Positions 33,694 to 43,120 are shown, counted from the stretch's first letter. The stretch: DNA of 64,000 nt from an uncultured Gemmatimonadales bacterium (GCA_963844035.1 CAWJMT010000005.1:1-64000); one strand, 5' to 3'. Notes: generated from the letters alone by a model not told the origin. Program-made: numbers and translations.

Positions 33694-34910
33694 GGGCGCG
33701 GCGGCAGCGCCGCGGCGAGGGCATCGAGCAGCGCGTCGATCGCCGCGGCGTCGTGCGCCGCGGAGACGGTGATGCGCAGGCGTGCGGTCCCGTCCGGGAC
33801 GGTGGGGGGGCGAATCGCGCCGACGAGGAACCCCGCGGCATCGAGCGCCGCGCCCACGCGCATCGCGACGTCGCTGGCGCCGATCACCACCGGCACGATG
33901 TGGCCGTCCTCCGGCCCGGCGACCGCCATGCCGCGGGCCGCCAATGCCGGCACGCAGATGACGCGCGTTGGCGCGCAACCGCGCGCGACGTTCCGGCTCT
34001 CGCGCCACGATGTCGAGCGCCGCCAGCGCCGCCGCCGCGAGCGCCGGCGGGCTCCCCGTCGTGTACACGAAGGCTCGTGCCCGGTTGGTGAGGTAGTCCA
34101 CCAGCGCGCGCGAGCCCGCCACGTACGCGCCCGCGACGCCGCACGCTTTGCCCAGCGTGCCCATCGTGATGTCGATCCCGGACGCAACGCCCCAATGCTC
34201 TGCGCTGCCACGGCCGCTCGGTCCAAGGACTCCCACCCCGTGCGCATCGTCGAGATAGATCCAGGCGTCGTGCCGGCGCGCGAGCGGCACCAGGGTGTCG
34301 AGCGGGTACAGGTCGCCGCCCATCGAGTAGATCCCCTCGATCACGATCAGGCGGCGGCGATGCTTGCCGCGCTGCCGTTCGAGCGCGCGCTCCAGGGCGG
34401 CGACGTCGGCGTGAGGGAGCACGTGCAGGTCGGCGCGTGACAGGCGGCAGCCGTCGATCAGCGACGCGTGATTCAGCACGTCCGAATAGATCGCGTCCCC
34501 TCGTCCCACGAGCGCCGGAATCGCCCCCACGTTGGCCATGTAGCCGCTGGGGAACAGCAAGGCGCGCCTCGGCGCCGGTGAACTGCGCGATGGCGCGCTC
34601 GAGCTCCGCATGCAGCTCGTGGTGCCCGGAGATCAGCCGGGCGGCCGCGGCTCCGGTGCCCGCGGTGCGCAACGCCCGAGCCGCCGCGTCGGCGAGCCGC
34701 GGGTCGGAGGCGAGGCCGAGGTAGTCGTTCGAGGAAAAGTCGCGCAGCACCCGGGTCTGGTCCGCGATGCGCGCACCCGCTCGGTGCGTGCAGCGCCCGC
34801 AGGGTGCGCTGCAGCCCCGCACCGGCCAGGGCGGCAAGCTCCTGCGACAGCGCACCCTCGAGCGAGGAGGGCGCGGCGGTTTCGGGTGGTCGGTCTGATG
34901 CGGTCAGCAC
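33690..34910 (-). CDS. bioF: 8-amino-7-oxononanoate synthase; frameshifted
   Basis: FSSNDYLGL, SGYMAN, NHASLIDG, DDAHG, GTLGKA, AIRPPTVP. Confidence 0.93.
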
Positions 34911-35013
34911 GTCACCTGCTATTCTAATCCCGCGGGTTTGGCTCGGCACCAGCCCCCTAGCCCTCCGTGCGCCGGCCGGGCGTACGTTGAAGCAGGTCGT
35001 TGAGGTGACCACC

Positions 35014-36353
35014 ATGATCCATGCCCTGTTCGTCGTTGCTTGCTCCGCAGCCGCTCGCGCCGTCCGCCCCGCCCGCCGGTGCGCGTCTGGCTTGGCCCGC
35101 CGCTGCTTCGGCGTCGGGGGATCGCGTCCGGGTGTACGTCCAGACGGCCACCGAGGGACACCTCGTTGTGCTCCACGCCAGGAGCGACGGGCAGGTCGAG
35201 GTGCTGTATCCCGCCGATCCCACGCGCGACCCGTTCGTAAATCCCGGCACGTACGAGATTCGCGGACAGGACAGCCGCGATGGGGTAGCGCCTCGGGACC
35301 CAAGGGACGCGGGACGGTGGTGGCAGCCCTGTCCCCCGATCCAATCTGGTTCGACGAGTTCGTGCACCGCAGCATGTGGGACGTCGCCCACTCTGACCGG
35401 TGTCGGGAGCGGGTGGGGACCCCGAAGGCGCCCTGACCGAGATCGTCCAGCGCATGCTCGGCGACGGATCGTTCAGCTACGACGTCGTCACCTACTGATG
35501 TCGCGCCGCCTCCGGCCCCCAACGTCGTGGCGGCGCCCGAGCCGATCGCCCGAGTCCACAGGTGGATGCGTCGACTGTTTCTATCCCCGCGTGGACTATC
35601 TCGTCTATCCCTACGGCATGAACTCCCTGGGCTATCGCTACAGCTATGGCTATGCCGACGTGCCACTCCGCCCCTACGTCGACCATCGCGGGATCGGGCA
35701 CGCGGGCCGCGGGATGTACGGTGCTTCCGCGATCCCCCGGCAATCGCCGTGTACTCGACGCAGCGGGGCAATGCGCTCGCGCCGATCAGCCTGCGCCAGC
35801 GCGAGATGGTGGCCCGGCTCGCCGCTCGTCGTGGCGCTCCGCGACGCCGGACCCCGACGGCCATCGCCGCCCCTGTCCCGGCAACCTTCGCGGCCCGTGC
35901 GGTGCCCCTCGTCGCGCGCGACTCGGTCCGTGGGAGCGCCCGCGCCCGCAGCGCGGCGATCGCGAGCTGCTCGTGCGATACACCAACGCCCCGCGGAGCC
36001 GGAGCGCGGCGCTCGGTAGCAGAGCAATCCCCCCGCCGACTATGGGGGTCGCCGCCGCGCGAACCCGCGTGGTCTCGGCGCCGGCTCCAAGACCGGCGAT
36101 CGCTGCGCTCGCAGCTCCTGCCGTAGCGCCGGTTCGGCCCATGGCGCTCGGGCCCCGTTTCGTCCCCCGAGCGGAGACCCAGACCGCGAGCGCCTGGGAT
36201 GGGAGTCGCGGCACGTCCGACCACGCAGGCCGGCGCCGGATCGGCGCATGGCGTCGGGCTGGACGCTGTACGCACCGCCGGGTATCGGCGCCGGGCTCCC
36301 GACCTCACGGCAAGTGGCCGTGCCACAACGCGTTGGACCGAGTCGCATCTTGA
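35014..36353 (+). CDS. DUF4384-like domain protein with low-complexity tail; heavily frameshifted
   Basis: Fragments GDRVRVYVQT..EGHLVVLH..DGQVEVLYPADP; frame continuity is poor. Confidence 0.45.
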
Positions 36354-36378
36354 CGCGTCTAGGATGGTGTTTTAGCTT
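36350..36378 (+). promoter_or_regulatory. Sigma70-type promoter
   Basis: TTGACG-17 bp-TAGCTT directly upstream of a structured leader. Confidence 0.65.
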
Positions 36379-36383
36379 TCGGC

Positions 36384-36460
36384 AACGAGCATCTCGTTCG
36401 TGGTGATGCGCCGTGCTTTGCCACCACGCCCGCGGCAGTCCTGCCGGGGCGTTTTTGTTT
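36384..36460 (+). ncRNA. Structured leader: truncated SAM-II-like element plus intrinsic terminator
   Basis: Hairpin AACGAG/CTCGTT, stem CGTGG-TGA...TTGC..CCACG, terminator CGCCCGCGGCAG-TC-CTGCCGGGGCG-TTTTTGTTT. Paralogous to 37726-37829. Confidence 0.6.
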
Positions 36461-36485
36461 CGGGGGAATTTTGCCTGGAGCCGGA

Positions 36486-37683
36486 GTGACTCACGCGAAG
36501 GGTTTCGCCGCACGCCTGGACAGCCTGGGGACCGAGTCCGCCTACGTGGTTTTGGACGCGGCCCGGAAGCTCGAGGCTGCGGGCCATCGTGTCGTCCATC
36601 TCGAGATCGGCGAGCCGGATGTGCCGACGGCTCCGCACGTCATCGAGGCGGGGATCCGGGCCCTGCGTGAGGGGCGTACCCGGTACGCGGTGGCGGCCGG
36701 GGTGCCCGAGTTCCGCGACGCCATCGCCCAGGCGATGGTGCCGCGCGGTGTTCGCGTTGCGGCCGAGAACGTGATCGTCACGCCGGGCGCGAAGCCGATG
36801 CTGTTCTGCGCGGCGCTGGCGCTCATCAACCCGGGTGACGAGGTGCTGTGCCCCAACCCCGGGTTCCCGATTTACGAGTCGGTGGTGCGCTTCGCTGGTG
36901 GCAAGCCGGTCTACTACCCATTGGACAAGACGCGGGGCTTTGCGCCCGACGTCGCCGCGATCGCGGCGCTCATCACGCCCCGCACCCGCGTGATGATCCT
37001 GAACCTGCCCGCACAACCCGACCGGCGGCATGGCGACGCCGGATGACCTCGCGCGTCTGGCGCAGCTGGCCGAACGGCACGACCTGTGGGTGATCAGCGA
37101 CGAAGTGTACTGGCACATCACCTACGGTCCACACGCGAACAGCATCGCCGCGCTCCCGGGTATGGCGCAGCGGACGGTGATCGTGGATGGATTCTCGAAG
37201 GGCTACTCAATGACCGGGTGGCGGCTCGGTTACGGGGTGATGCCGAAGGCCCTCGCGGGTCCGATGACCACGCTCATCATCAACAATCTCTCCTGCACCG
37301 CGACGTTCGTGCAGTACGCTGGGCTCGCGGCGCTGCAGGGTCCCCAGGACTCCGTGTTGAAGATGGTCGCGGGACTGAAGACCAAACGCGATCTGGTGAT
37401 TGCCGGCCTGAACGCGATCGACGGGGTGACTTGTGCCTCTCCTGCCGGTGCGTTCTACGCGTTCCCGGACTTGAGCGGGTTGCTCGAGCGTACAGGCCTG
37501 TCGTGCGAATCCTTCGCGGAGCGGCTGCTCTCCGAAGCGCACACGGCTGTGCTCGCGGGGACGGCTTTTGGGTCGGCTGGGGAAGGGCACCTGCGCCTGT
37601 CATATGCGAATGAGCCCGCCAACCTCGAGCTGGCGCTCGAGCGGATCCGGAGCTGGGTCGGGAGCCTTGCCGCCGCGGTCTAA
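36486..37683 (+). CDS. Class I/II PLP-dependent aminotransferase; frameshift near 37010
   Basis: LEIGEPD, VTPGAK, SDEVY, GFSKGYSMTGWRLG, GAFYAFP. Confidence 0.92.
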
Positions 37684-37692
37684 CGGGGGCGC

Positions 37693-37720
37693 TTGACGCG
37701 CCGCGTACCCGGGCTATGTT
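37693..37720 (+). promoter_or_regulatory. Sigma70-type promoter
   Basis: TTGACG-16 bp-TATGTT upstream of the riboswitch. Confidence 0.6.
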
Positions 37721-37740
37721 TTCACGCACAATCGTTGTGC

Positions 37741-37788
37741 CGTGGTGATTTGCCGCGTATTGCCGCCACGTTAAATAAAGTGCTAAAA
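37741..37788 (+). ncRNA. SAM-II (SAM-alpha) riboswitch aptamer
   Basis: CGTGG-TGATTT-GCCGCGTA-TTGC-CG-CCACG-TTAAAT-AAAGT-GCTAAAA: P1 CGTGG/CCACG, ATTT/AAAT pseudoknot, and the conserved TTGC and GCTAAA. Confidence 0.85.
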
Positions 37789-37795
37789 TGCGATC

Positions 37796-37829
37796 GCCCG
37801 CGGCATTACTTGCCCGGGCCATTTTTTTT
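37796..37829 (+). terminator. Intrinsic terminator in the riboswitch expression platform
   Basis: GCCCGCGGCA-TTACT-TGCCCGGGC followed by T8, about 10 nt before the ATG. Confidence 0.8.
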
Positions 37830-37838
37830 GAGGGTGCC

Positions 37839-39125
37839 ATGCCTGCCTCCACGAAGGTCGATAGCGTGAACCTCGGCGCCAAGACGACGCGCCCGGCGGC
37901 GCCTAGGGCGCTGCCGCAACGTTGCCGCAACTGCGGCACGGAGCGGGCGCCGGCCCCGGAGTCCCTGTGCGGGGAATGTCTCGGACCGCTCGACCCCATC
38001 TACGACCCGAAGCGCTCTCTTCCCGATCGTGCGACGATTGCGGCACGCGCGCCCTCTCTCTGGCGCTACCACGAGTGGCTGCCGTTCGAAGGGGACCCGG
38101 TGTATTCGCTGGACAGCGGGTTCACCCCCCTGCTCGACGCGCCCAGGCTGGCGCGGCGGCTCGGCGTGGCCCGTGCCTGGATCAAGAACGACACCGTGTG
38201 CCACCCCTCGCTGTCGTTCAAGGACCGGGTCGTGGCCGCGGCGATCAACGCCGCGGCGGCGTTCGGGCTCGACACGATCGGCTGCGCCTCGACCGGCAAC
38301 CTGGCGAACGCGGTGGCGGCGCACGCGGCGCGCAACGGGCTCACCGCCTGGGTGTTCATTCCCGAGGATCTCGAAGCCGGGAAGGTCTACGGCACGAGCA
38401 TCTACGGCCCCAAGCTGGTGCGCGTCCGGGGCACATACGACGACGTCAACCGCCTGTGCGCGCAGGTGGCGGACCGGTTTGGGTGGGGCATCGTGAACGT
38501 GAACCTGCGGGGATACTACGCCGAAGGATCGAAGACGCTGGCGTACGAGATCTCCGAGCAGCTCGGGTGGCGGTTGCCCACGGCCGTGGTGGCGCCGATG
38601 GCGGGTGGATCGCTCGTCAACAAGCTCCGCAAGGGGTTCGGAGAGTTTCTGGAGGCCGGGCTGGTGAGTGGCCCCTCGCCTCGGTTGTATGGGGCGCAAG
38701 CATCCGGGTGCGCGCCGATTGTGCGGATGGTAGAGAGCGGCGGTACCCAGATCGTACCCGAGATCCCGCACACCATTGCGCGCTCGCTCGCGATCGGTAA
38801 CCCGGCGGACGGTGTGTTCGCCGCCAAGGCGATGCGGGAGTCCGGTGGTTGGGGGGCGAAGGTGAGCGATGAGGAACTAGTGGCCGGGATGCGACACTTG
38901 GCGGAGGACGTCGGAGTGTTCGGCGAGACCGCCGGTGGCGTCACCGTGTCGGCGGCGCTCGCGCTGGCTCGCGCCGGCCGGCTCCGGCCGGACGATGAAG
39001 TCGTGCTGTGTATCACCGGGCACGGGCTGAAGACACTCGAAGCGGTGAGCGGTGTGCTGCCCGAGGCACCCGTGATCGCGCCGCGGTTGCGCGAGGTGGC
39101 GGCGTTGGTGGAGGCGAGTGGGTGA
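37839..39125 (+). CDS. thrC: Threonine-synthase-family PLP enzyme, possibly O-phosphohomoserine sulfhydrylase
   Basis: N-terminal CxxC...CxxC, PSLSFKDR (PLP lysine), CASTGNLA, EGSKT, SLAIGNP. Confidence 0.85.
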   Translation: MPASTKVDSVNLGAKTTRPAAPRALPQRCRNCGTERAPAPESLCGECLGPLDPIYDPKRSLPDRATIAARAPSLWRYHEWLPFEGDPVYSLDSGFTPLLDAPRLARRLGVARAWIKNDTVCHPSLSFKDRVVAAAINAAAAFGLDTIGCASTGNLANAVAAHAARNGLTAWVFIPEDLEAGKVYGTSIYGPKLVRVRGTYDDVNRLCAQVADRFGWGIVNVNLRGYYAEGSKTLAYEISEQLGWRLPTAVVAPMAGGSLVNKLRKGFGEFLEAGLVSGPSPRLYGAQASGCAPIVRMVESGGTQIVPEIPHTIARSLAIGNPADGVFAAKAMRESGGWGAKVSDEELVAGMRHLAEDVGVFGETAGGVTVSAALALARAGRLRPDDEVVLCITGHGLKTLEAVSGVLPEAPVIAPRLREVAALVEASG

Positions 39126-39155
39126 TGGAACACGTTGCAGGCGGGAGGTCATGAG

Positions 39156-39431
39156 ATGGCGATCACGGTGAATTTGCCTTCGGTGCTGGCGGCTCACGCA
39201 GGCGGCGCGCGCAGCATCGAAGCCACGGGGCGGACTCTCGGCGAAGCGGTCGCGGATGTGGCGGCGCGCTTTCCAGCGCTCGGGCCCAGGCTGCAGGACA
39301 AGGACGGCAAGCCGTATCCGTTCGTGGTGTTCTATGTGAACGACGAGGACGTGCGCTTTCGGGGAGGGTTCGCCGCCACCATCAACGACGGCGACGAGGT
39401 GACGGTTATCCCTGCGATTGCGGGCGGGTGA
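39156..39431 (+). CDS. MoaD/ThiS-family sulfur carrier protein
   Basis: Ubiquitin-like protein with YVNDEDVRF and a C-terminal PAIAGG. Confidence 0.92.
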   Translation: MAITVNLPSVLAAHAGGARSIEATGRTLGEAVADVAARFPALGPRLQDKDGKPYPFVVFYVNDEDVRFRGGFAATINDGDEVTVIPAIAGG

Positions 39432-41536
39432 GCGCGCCCCGCTGCGAGAACCACAGCGCGCCCAGGTAGGCCCCGGCGGCGGTGAGGTAGAGCGCCTTCA
39501 CGCCGGTGGCCATGGACGAGTACTCGAGTAACCCTCCCACGATCGCTCCCACGAGGTTGTAGGCCAGCGCCCGCGTCGGGTTCACGCGCGTGCGGAACAA
39601 CATCGCGAAGATCGTTGCGGCGAAGAGAATCGGGAGCGCCACGAGCAGTCCTCCGACGAGCCATTGCCCCGCCATGCCGAGCCACAGAATGTCGCGCACC
39701 GGAACCACGTAGGCGAGTCCGAGCGAGGCGAACAGCAGCGCGAACGGCGCCGTCAGCGACGGCCAGGGCTTTCGCAGCACCAGCATGTTCGCGATCAGAA
39801 TCGTCACCAGGATCGAGCTGAAGACCAGGAGGTTCACCGTCCAGGTCGATCCGAACAGCAGCGACATTTCGGTGACGCTCTTCGTCTCCACCAGCAGGAA
39901 CCCGGCCCCCATGAAGAACATGGCGCCGTCGAACCCGCCCTTCAGCTGGCGTCCCGCCGTGGCGCCCACCAGCCCGAGCGCGATGGCCAGCACGATCCCC
40001 AACGCTTTGAGGTAGTGGCCGGGAATGGCGCGGCGTCCGAGGTAGAGGTACGGCCAGTCGTCCGTGGGGACCGCCACGTTGCCGACGCGCCCGGCCGGGA
40101 TGGTAGGGCTGATTGTGACATCGGGGTCGCCGCCCGCGATGAAGCTGTAGTTGAACAGATGGGAGTCGGGTTGGTGCAGGACCACCGGTTCCTTCTCGAA
40201 CGCCTCCGTCAGGACGCGGTGAATCTTCGCCGCGACGTAGGGGAACGGCGACATGTGGTACGTGACGAGTCGGCCCCCGGGAGCCAAGCGCGACCGCGCC
40301 GATTTGAACGCCTCCACCGTGTAGACGTAGTTGTCCAGCCGCAGCGAGCTCATCCCCGACAAGAGCGTCTGGCTGTCGAGCGTTCCCAGCACGATCAGAT
40401 CGTAGTGGTGCCGGGTCTGCCGCAGGAAGGCGCGGGCGTCGTTGACGTGTGGCGGTCACGCGGGGGTCCGAGTACGGCTGCTGAAAGTGCAGCGCCCGCC
40501 CCAGGGTCAGGATCAGGGGATCGATCTCGACCGCGTCGATGTGCTTGGCTCCAAGCTGCAGCAAGAGCGACAGGTCGTTACCCGTGCCCGCCCCCATCAC
40601 CAGCACGGAGTCGATACGGGGCACGAGCTTGAGCGGCTTCAGGTAGGCGTTGCGCTGGTTGCCGATCTCGGGGAATTTCGCCGCGGTCTCGGGCGACAGA
40701 TCCAGCATGTACTGGTGCAGCGAGCCGTTGACGTCCACGGTGTAGATGTGCGGATCGGCAAAGAGATCGATGCGGTAGTAGGGCGACCAGTATTCATGGC
40801 CGCCAGCCCCGGCGCGCTCGATCTGCGCGCCGCCGCTCCAGTGTATCAGCCCCAGCACGGCGATCCCCGTCACGCCGATCGTGGCGCTGAATTTCCAGTC
40901 GTCCAGCGCCAGGAGCACCCAGATCGCGAGGGCGGCGCCGAACCACACCAGCGGGGGCGTCCACAGCGCGGAGGCGACCGCGAACGCGAGCACGCCGAAC
41001 AGGCTCCCGGCCACATCGAGCGAGTAGGCGTGCAGCGGGGGAAACTTGCGGAACTCGTGGCCCAGCAGGCCGCCCAGCGGTATGAACACGACGACGCAGA
41101 ACCCGAAGAGAATCGTCGCCACGGGAACGATGCCCATTTGGGTCACGTTGGGCGACGACGTCAGGAACTGGCCCCACAGGTATTCGTCGCGATCGATGTT
41201 GCCCCCGATCACGACGTTGGCGAAGTACTTCACCGCACCGAACAGGGCCAGCAGGGCGGGGACGGCGAGCCAGCGCAGTCGCATGGCATCGTCCGCTCGC
41301 AGCAGGCCGATGCCCATCCCCAAAAACGTGGCCATCAGCACGAAGTTCAGGAAGAACCCGAACACCCGTACGTGCCCCGGCACATAGCGGATCAGGGCCA
41401 GCTCGAGAAACAGAATCAGGAAGGAATAGCCGGCCAGCCGGACCGCAGCCGCCCGCGTCGCTTCAGGCCGGGCGGAAGCCTCGGCGCTCTGGGAATTCAC
41501 GGCTACAAGGGTAGGAACAAGGGGTGTCGAATGCAA
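39406..41536 (-). CDS. Membrane protein with a central spermidine-synthase-like SAM-binding domain; frameshift near 40450
   Basis: TM segments, WSPYYRI, VLVMGAGTGND, AVEIDP, LDSQTL, RLDNYVYTVE, PTDDWPYLY, further TM segments. Confidence 0.8.
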
Positions 41537-41556
41537 CGGCGAGTTTGTCGGCCGGC

Positions 41557-41588
41557 AAGAAAAGAGCGGCGGGGAAGCCCCGCCGCTC
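41557..41588 (-). terminator. Intrinsic terminator after the pilin gene
   Basis: Perfect 11-bp stem GAGCGGCGGGG/CCCCGCCGCTC, followed by TTTTCTT on the minus strand. Confidence 0.85.
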
Positions 41589-41613
41589 GGATTCGCTCAG
41601 CGTTACCGGACCC

Positions 41614-42030
41614 TTACTGGCAGACCGGTGCGCCTTCCGGCGACGCGGCGGTCGCCGGAGCCGTCGGCGTCACCGCGCCGATGTAGATGCCGCAGCTCTT
41701 CGACGTGTTGACATTGGTGACGTTCGTCGTCCAACCCGCCTGCGTACCGACACCGGTCGTCACCGTGCCCAGCGTGTTGCCGGTCGTCGTACAGTACGAG
41801 ACCGAACCCGCCGGCGCCGGATTGGCGCACGAAATGGCCGTGGTGTACTTGATCGAGTCGGCGAAGTACGCCTCCTCGGCGGTCACCAGGTTGCGCAGAT
41901 CCGACTTCATGGAGGCGATGTACGCCTTTTCCTTCGTGTTGGCGAACTTCGGGATCGCGATGGCGGCCAAGATGCCGATGATCACCACGACGATCAACAG
42001 CTCGATCAGTGTGAAACCCTTGCGATTCAT
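41614..42030 (-). CDS. pilA: Type IV (IVa) major pilin
   Basis: MNRKG/FTLIELLIVVVIIGILAAIAIP prepilin motif with E5; four cysteines. Confidence 0.93.
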   Translation of the reverse strand: MNRKGFTLIELLIVVVIIGILAAIAIPKFANTKEKAYIASMKSDLRNLVTAEEAYFADSIKYTTAISCANPAPAGSVSYCTTTGNTLGTVTTGVGTQAGWTTNVTNVNTSKSCGIYIGAVTPTAPATAASPEGAPVCQ

Positions 42031-42110
42031 CTGAGTCTCCCCTCGTGCAGGACCGAATGCGGTCCGATGATTGGACCTCGGGCTGGGGCCTGCTCCCGCT
42101 GTCTCAAGTG

Positions 42111-42197
42111 TCCCTGGCAGCCGGGCTGTCTCGAGATTGGACCGAGACCCCTAGCTTTGCGTCCCGCCGTCACCGACGGTTTGCCCCATGCAGAGAC
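42111..42197 (-). ncRNA. Cyclic-di-GMP-I (GEMM) riboswitch
   Basis: Reverse complement GGGCAAACCGTCG-GTGA-CGGCGGGACGCAAAGCTAGGGGTCT...AGACAGCCCGGCTGCC: GEMM hallmarks with a GNRA loop. Confidence 0.92.
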
Positions 42198-42237
42198 CTT
42201 CCCAACAGCCTACAATCCTGGCAGTCAGCCCCCAGAC

Positions 42238-42755
42238 TCAGGGCGCTGAGAGGGTGAACACCACGACCAGCGAATAGTCGCCCGGGGTGTCGGCCGAGTA
42301 GGCCCACAGCGTCTTGTAGTACATTTGCGCGGACGCGTTGCCCGTTCCCGTCGCCCCGAGAAGAAGGTGACGGGGTGGTGGTGAAGCCGGTGTACGTGCC
42401 CCCGGAGCTCGTCGCCCACAGCAGATCGCCCGCCGGCTTCCCAGCCCGCGCGCCGTTGGCTGCCGTCCAGGCGGCCGCATTGGCGCTGACCTTCAAGGTC
42501 CATGCGCGATTCGCCTTGATCCCCGCGATGGGGCCGTTGTCGTTCTGGAAGCCCGCGTCGTACGCCGCCTCGTTGGGCGCGGTCGAGCGTCGTGGCAGCC
42601 TGGCTCACGGTCAGTCGCAGGACGGTCGCGACGGTCACCTTCACCGTGTCGTTCACGCTGCACGGGTTGGCAGAGCACGTGTTCTGTGCCTGCGCCTGCA
42701 CGCCGCTCAGAGCGAGCGCCAAGACGCTCAAGGCAATCTTCAGGGTGGTCCGCAT
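42238..42755 (-). CDS. Secreted beta-sandwich protein, fimbrial-subunit-like; frameshifted
   Basis: Signal peptide ending AQA, an N-terminal Cys pair, and C-terminal PGDYSLVVVFTLSAP, reconstructed over three frames. Confidence 0.55.
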
Positions 42756-42848
42756 GACGTTGATTCTCTCGATCCAGGAGTTGGTCCGTCACGTCCGGGT
42801 GACGGTCCCGGGAGCCTGCTTCACGCTCCGTTCTGGGCCACGCCTAGG

Positions 42849-42863
42849 GCAAAGGACGTGCCG
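42849..42863 (-). promoter_or_regulatory. Putative sigma54 -24/-12 promoter
   Basis: CGGCACGTCCTTTGC on the minus strand (GG-N10-GC), ~95 bp upstream of the ATG at 42755. Confidence 0.65.
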
Positions 42864-43094
42864 CATGCGACTATTTGTTAAACAGATGTCATAATATCAT
42901 ACATTTTTTCTCTCACAACTGTTGATAAACTGGTCGGTCATGTTGTTTTCGACCTCGCCAACTGGGCCCCAATTTCGTGTCGCAGAACACCATCCGTCAG
43001 TGCACCGTGCATCGGGTGCCAGGCACGCCTTGTGCGATGTCGATCCGAACAGAGTTTGTTGCGCTGAGCTTGCGCGCAACCAGTTTTGATGCCG

Positions 43095-43120
43095 CATGAT
43101 GCACTATTTCGTGCATTATG
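43095..43120. promoter_or_regulatory. Inverted repeat, candidate enhancer-binding-protein site
   Basis: CATGATGCAC-TATTTC-GTGCATTATG (9/10 dyad). Confidence 0.45.

Noticed and set aside
37716..37748. Leader peptide MFSRTIVVPW as a Thr/Trp attenuator
   Set aside because: Its ATG lies in the predicted -10 box, it lacks regulatory codon runs, and the SAM-II aptamer explains the region better.
41614..42030. Confident conductive e-pilin call
   Set aside because: Full-length pilin, ~7% aromatics, Y27 missing, and the sequence criteria themselves are contested.
42111..42197. c-AMP-GMP-specific (Geobacter-type) GEMM variant
   Set aside because: The specificity position is G rather than A in my manual alignment.
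43021..43035. Second sigma54 site AGGCACGCCTTGTGC on the plus strand
   Set aside because: The -12 element is imperfect (GTGC) and there is no other support.
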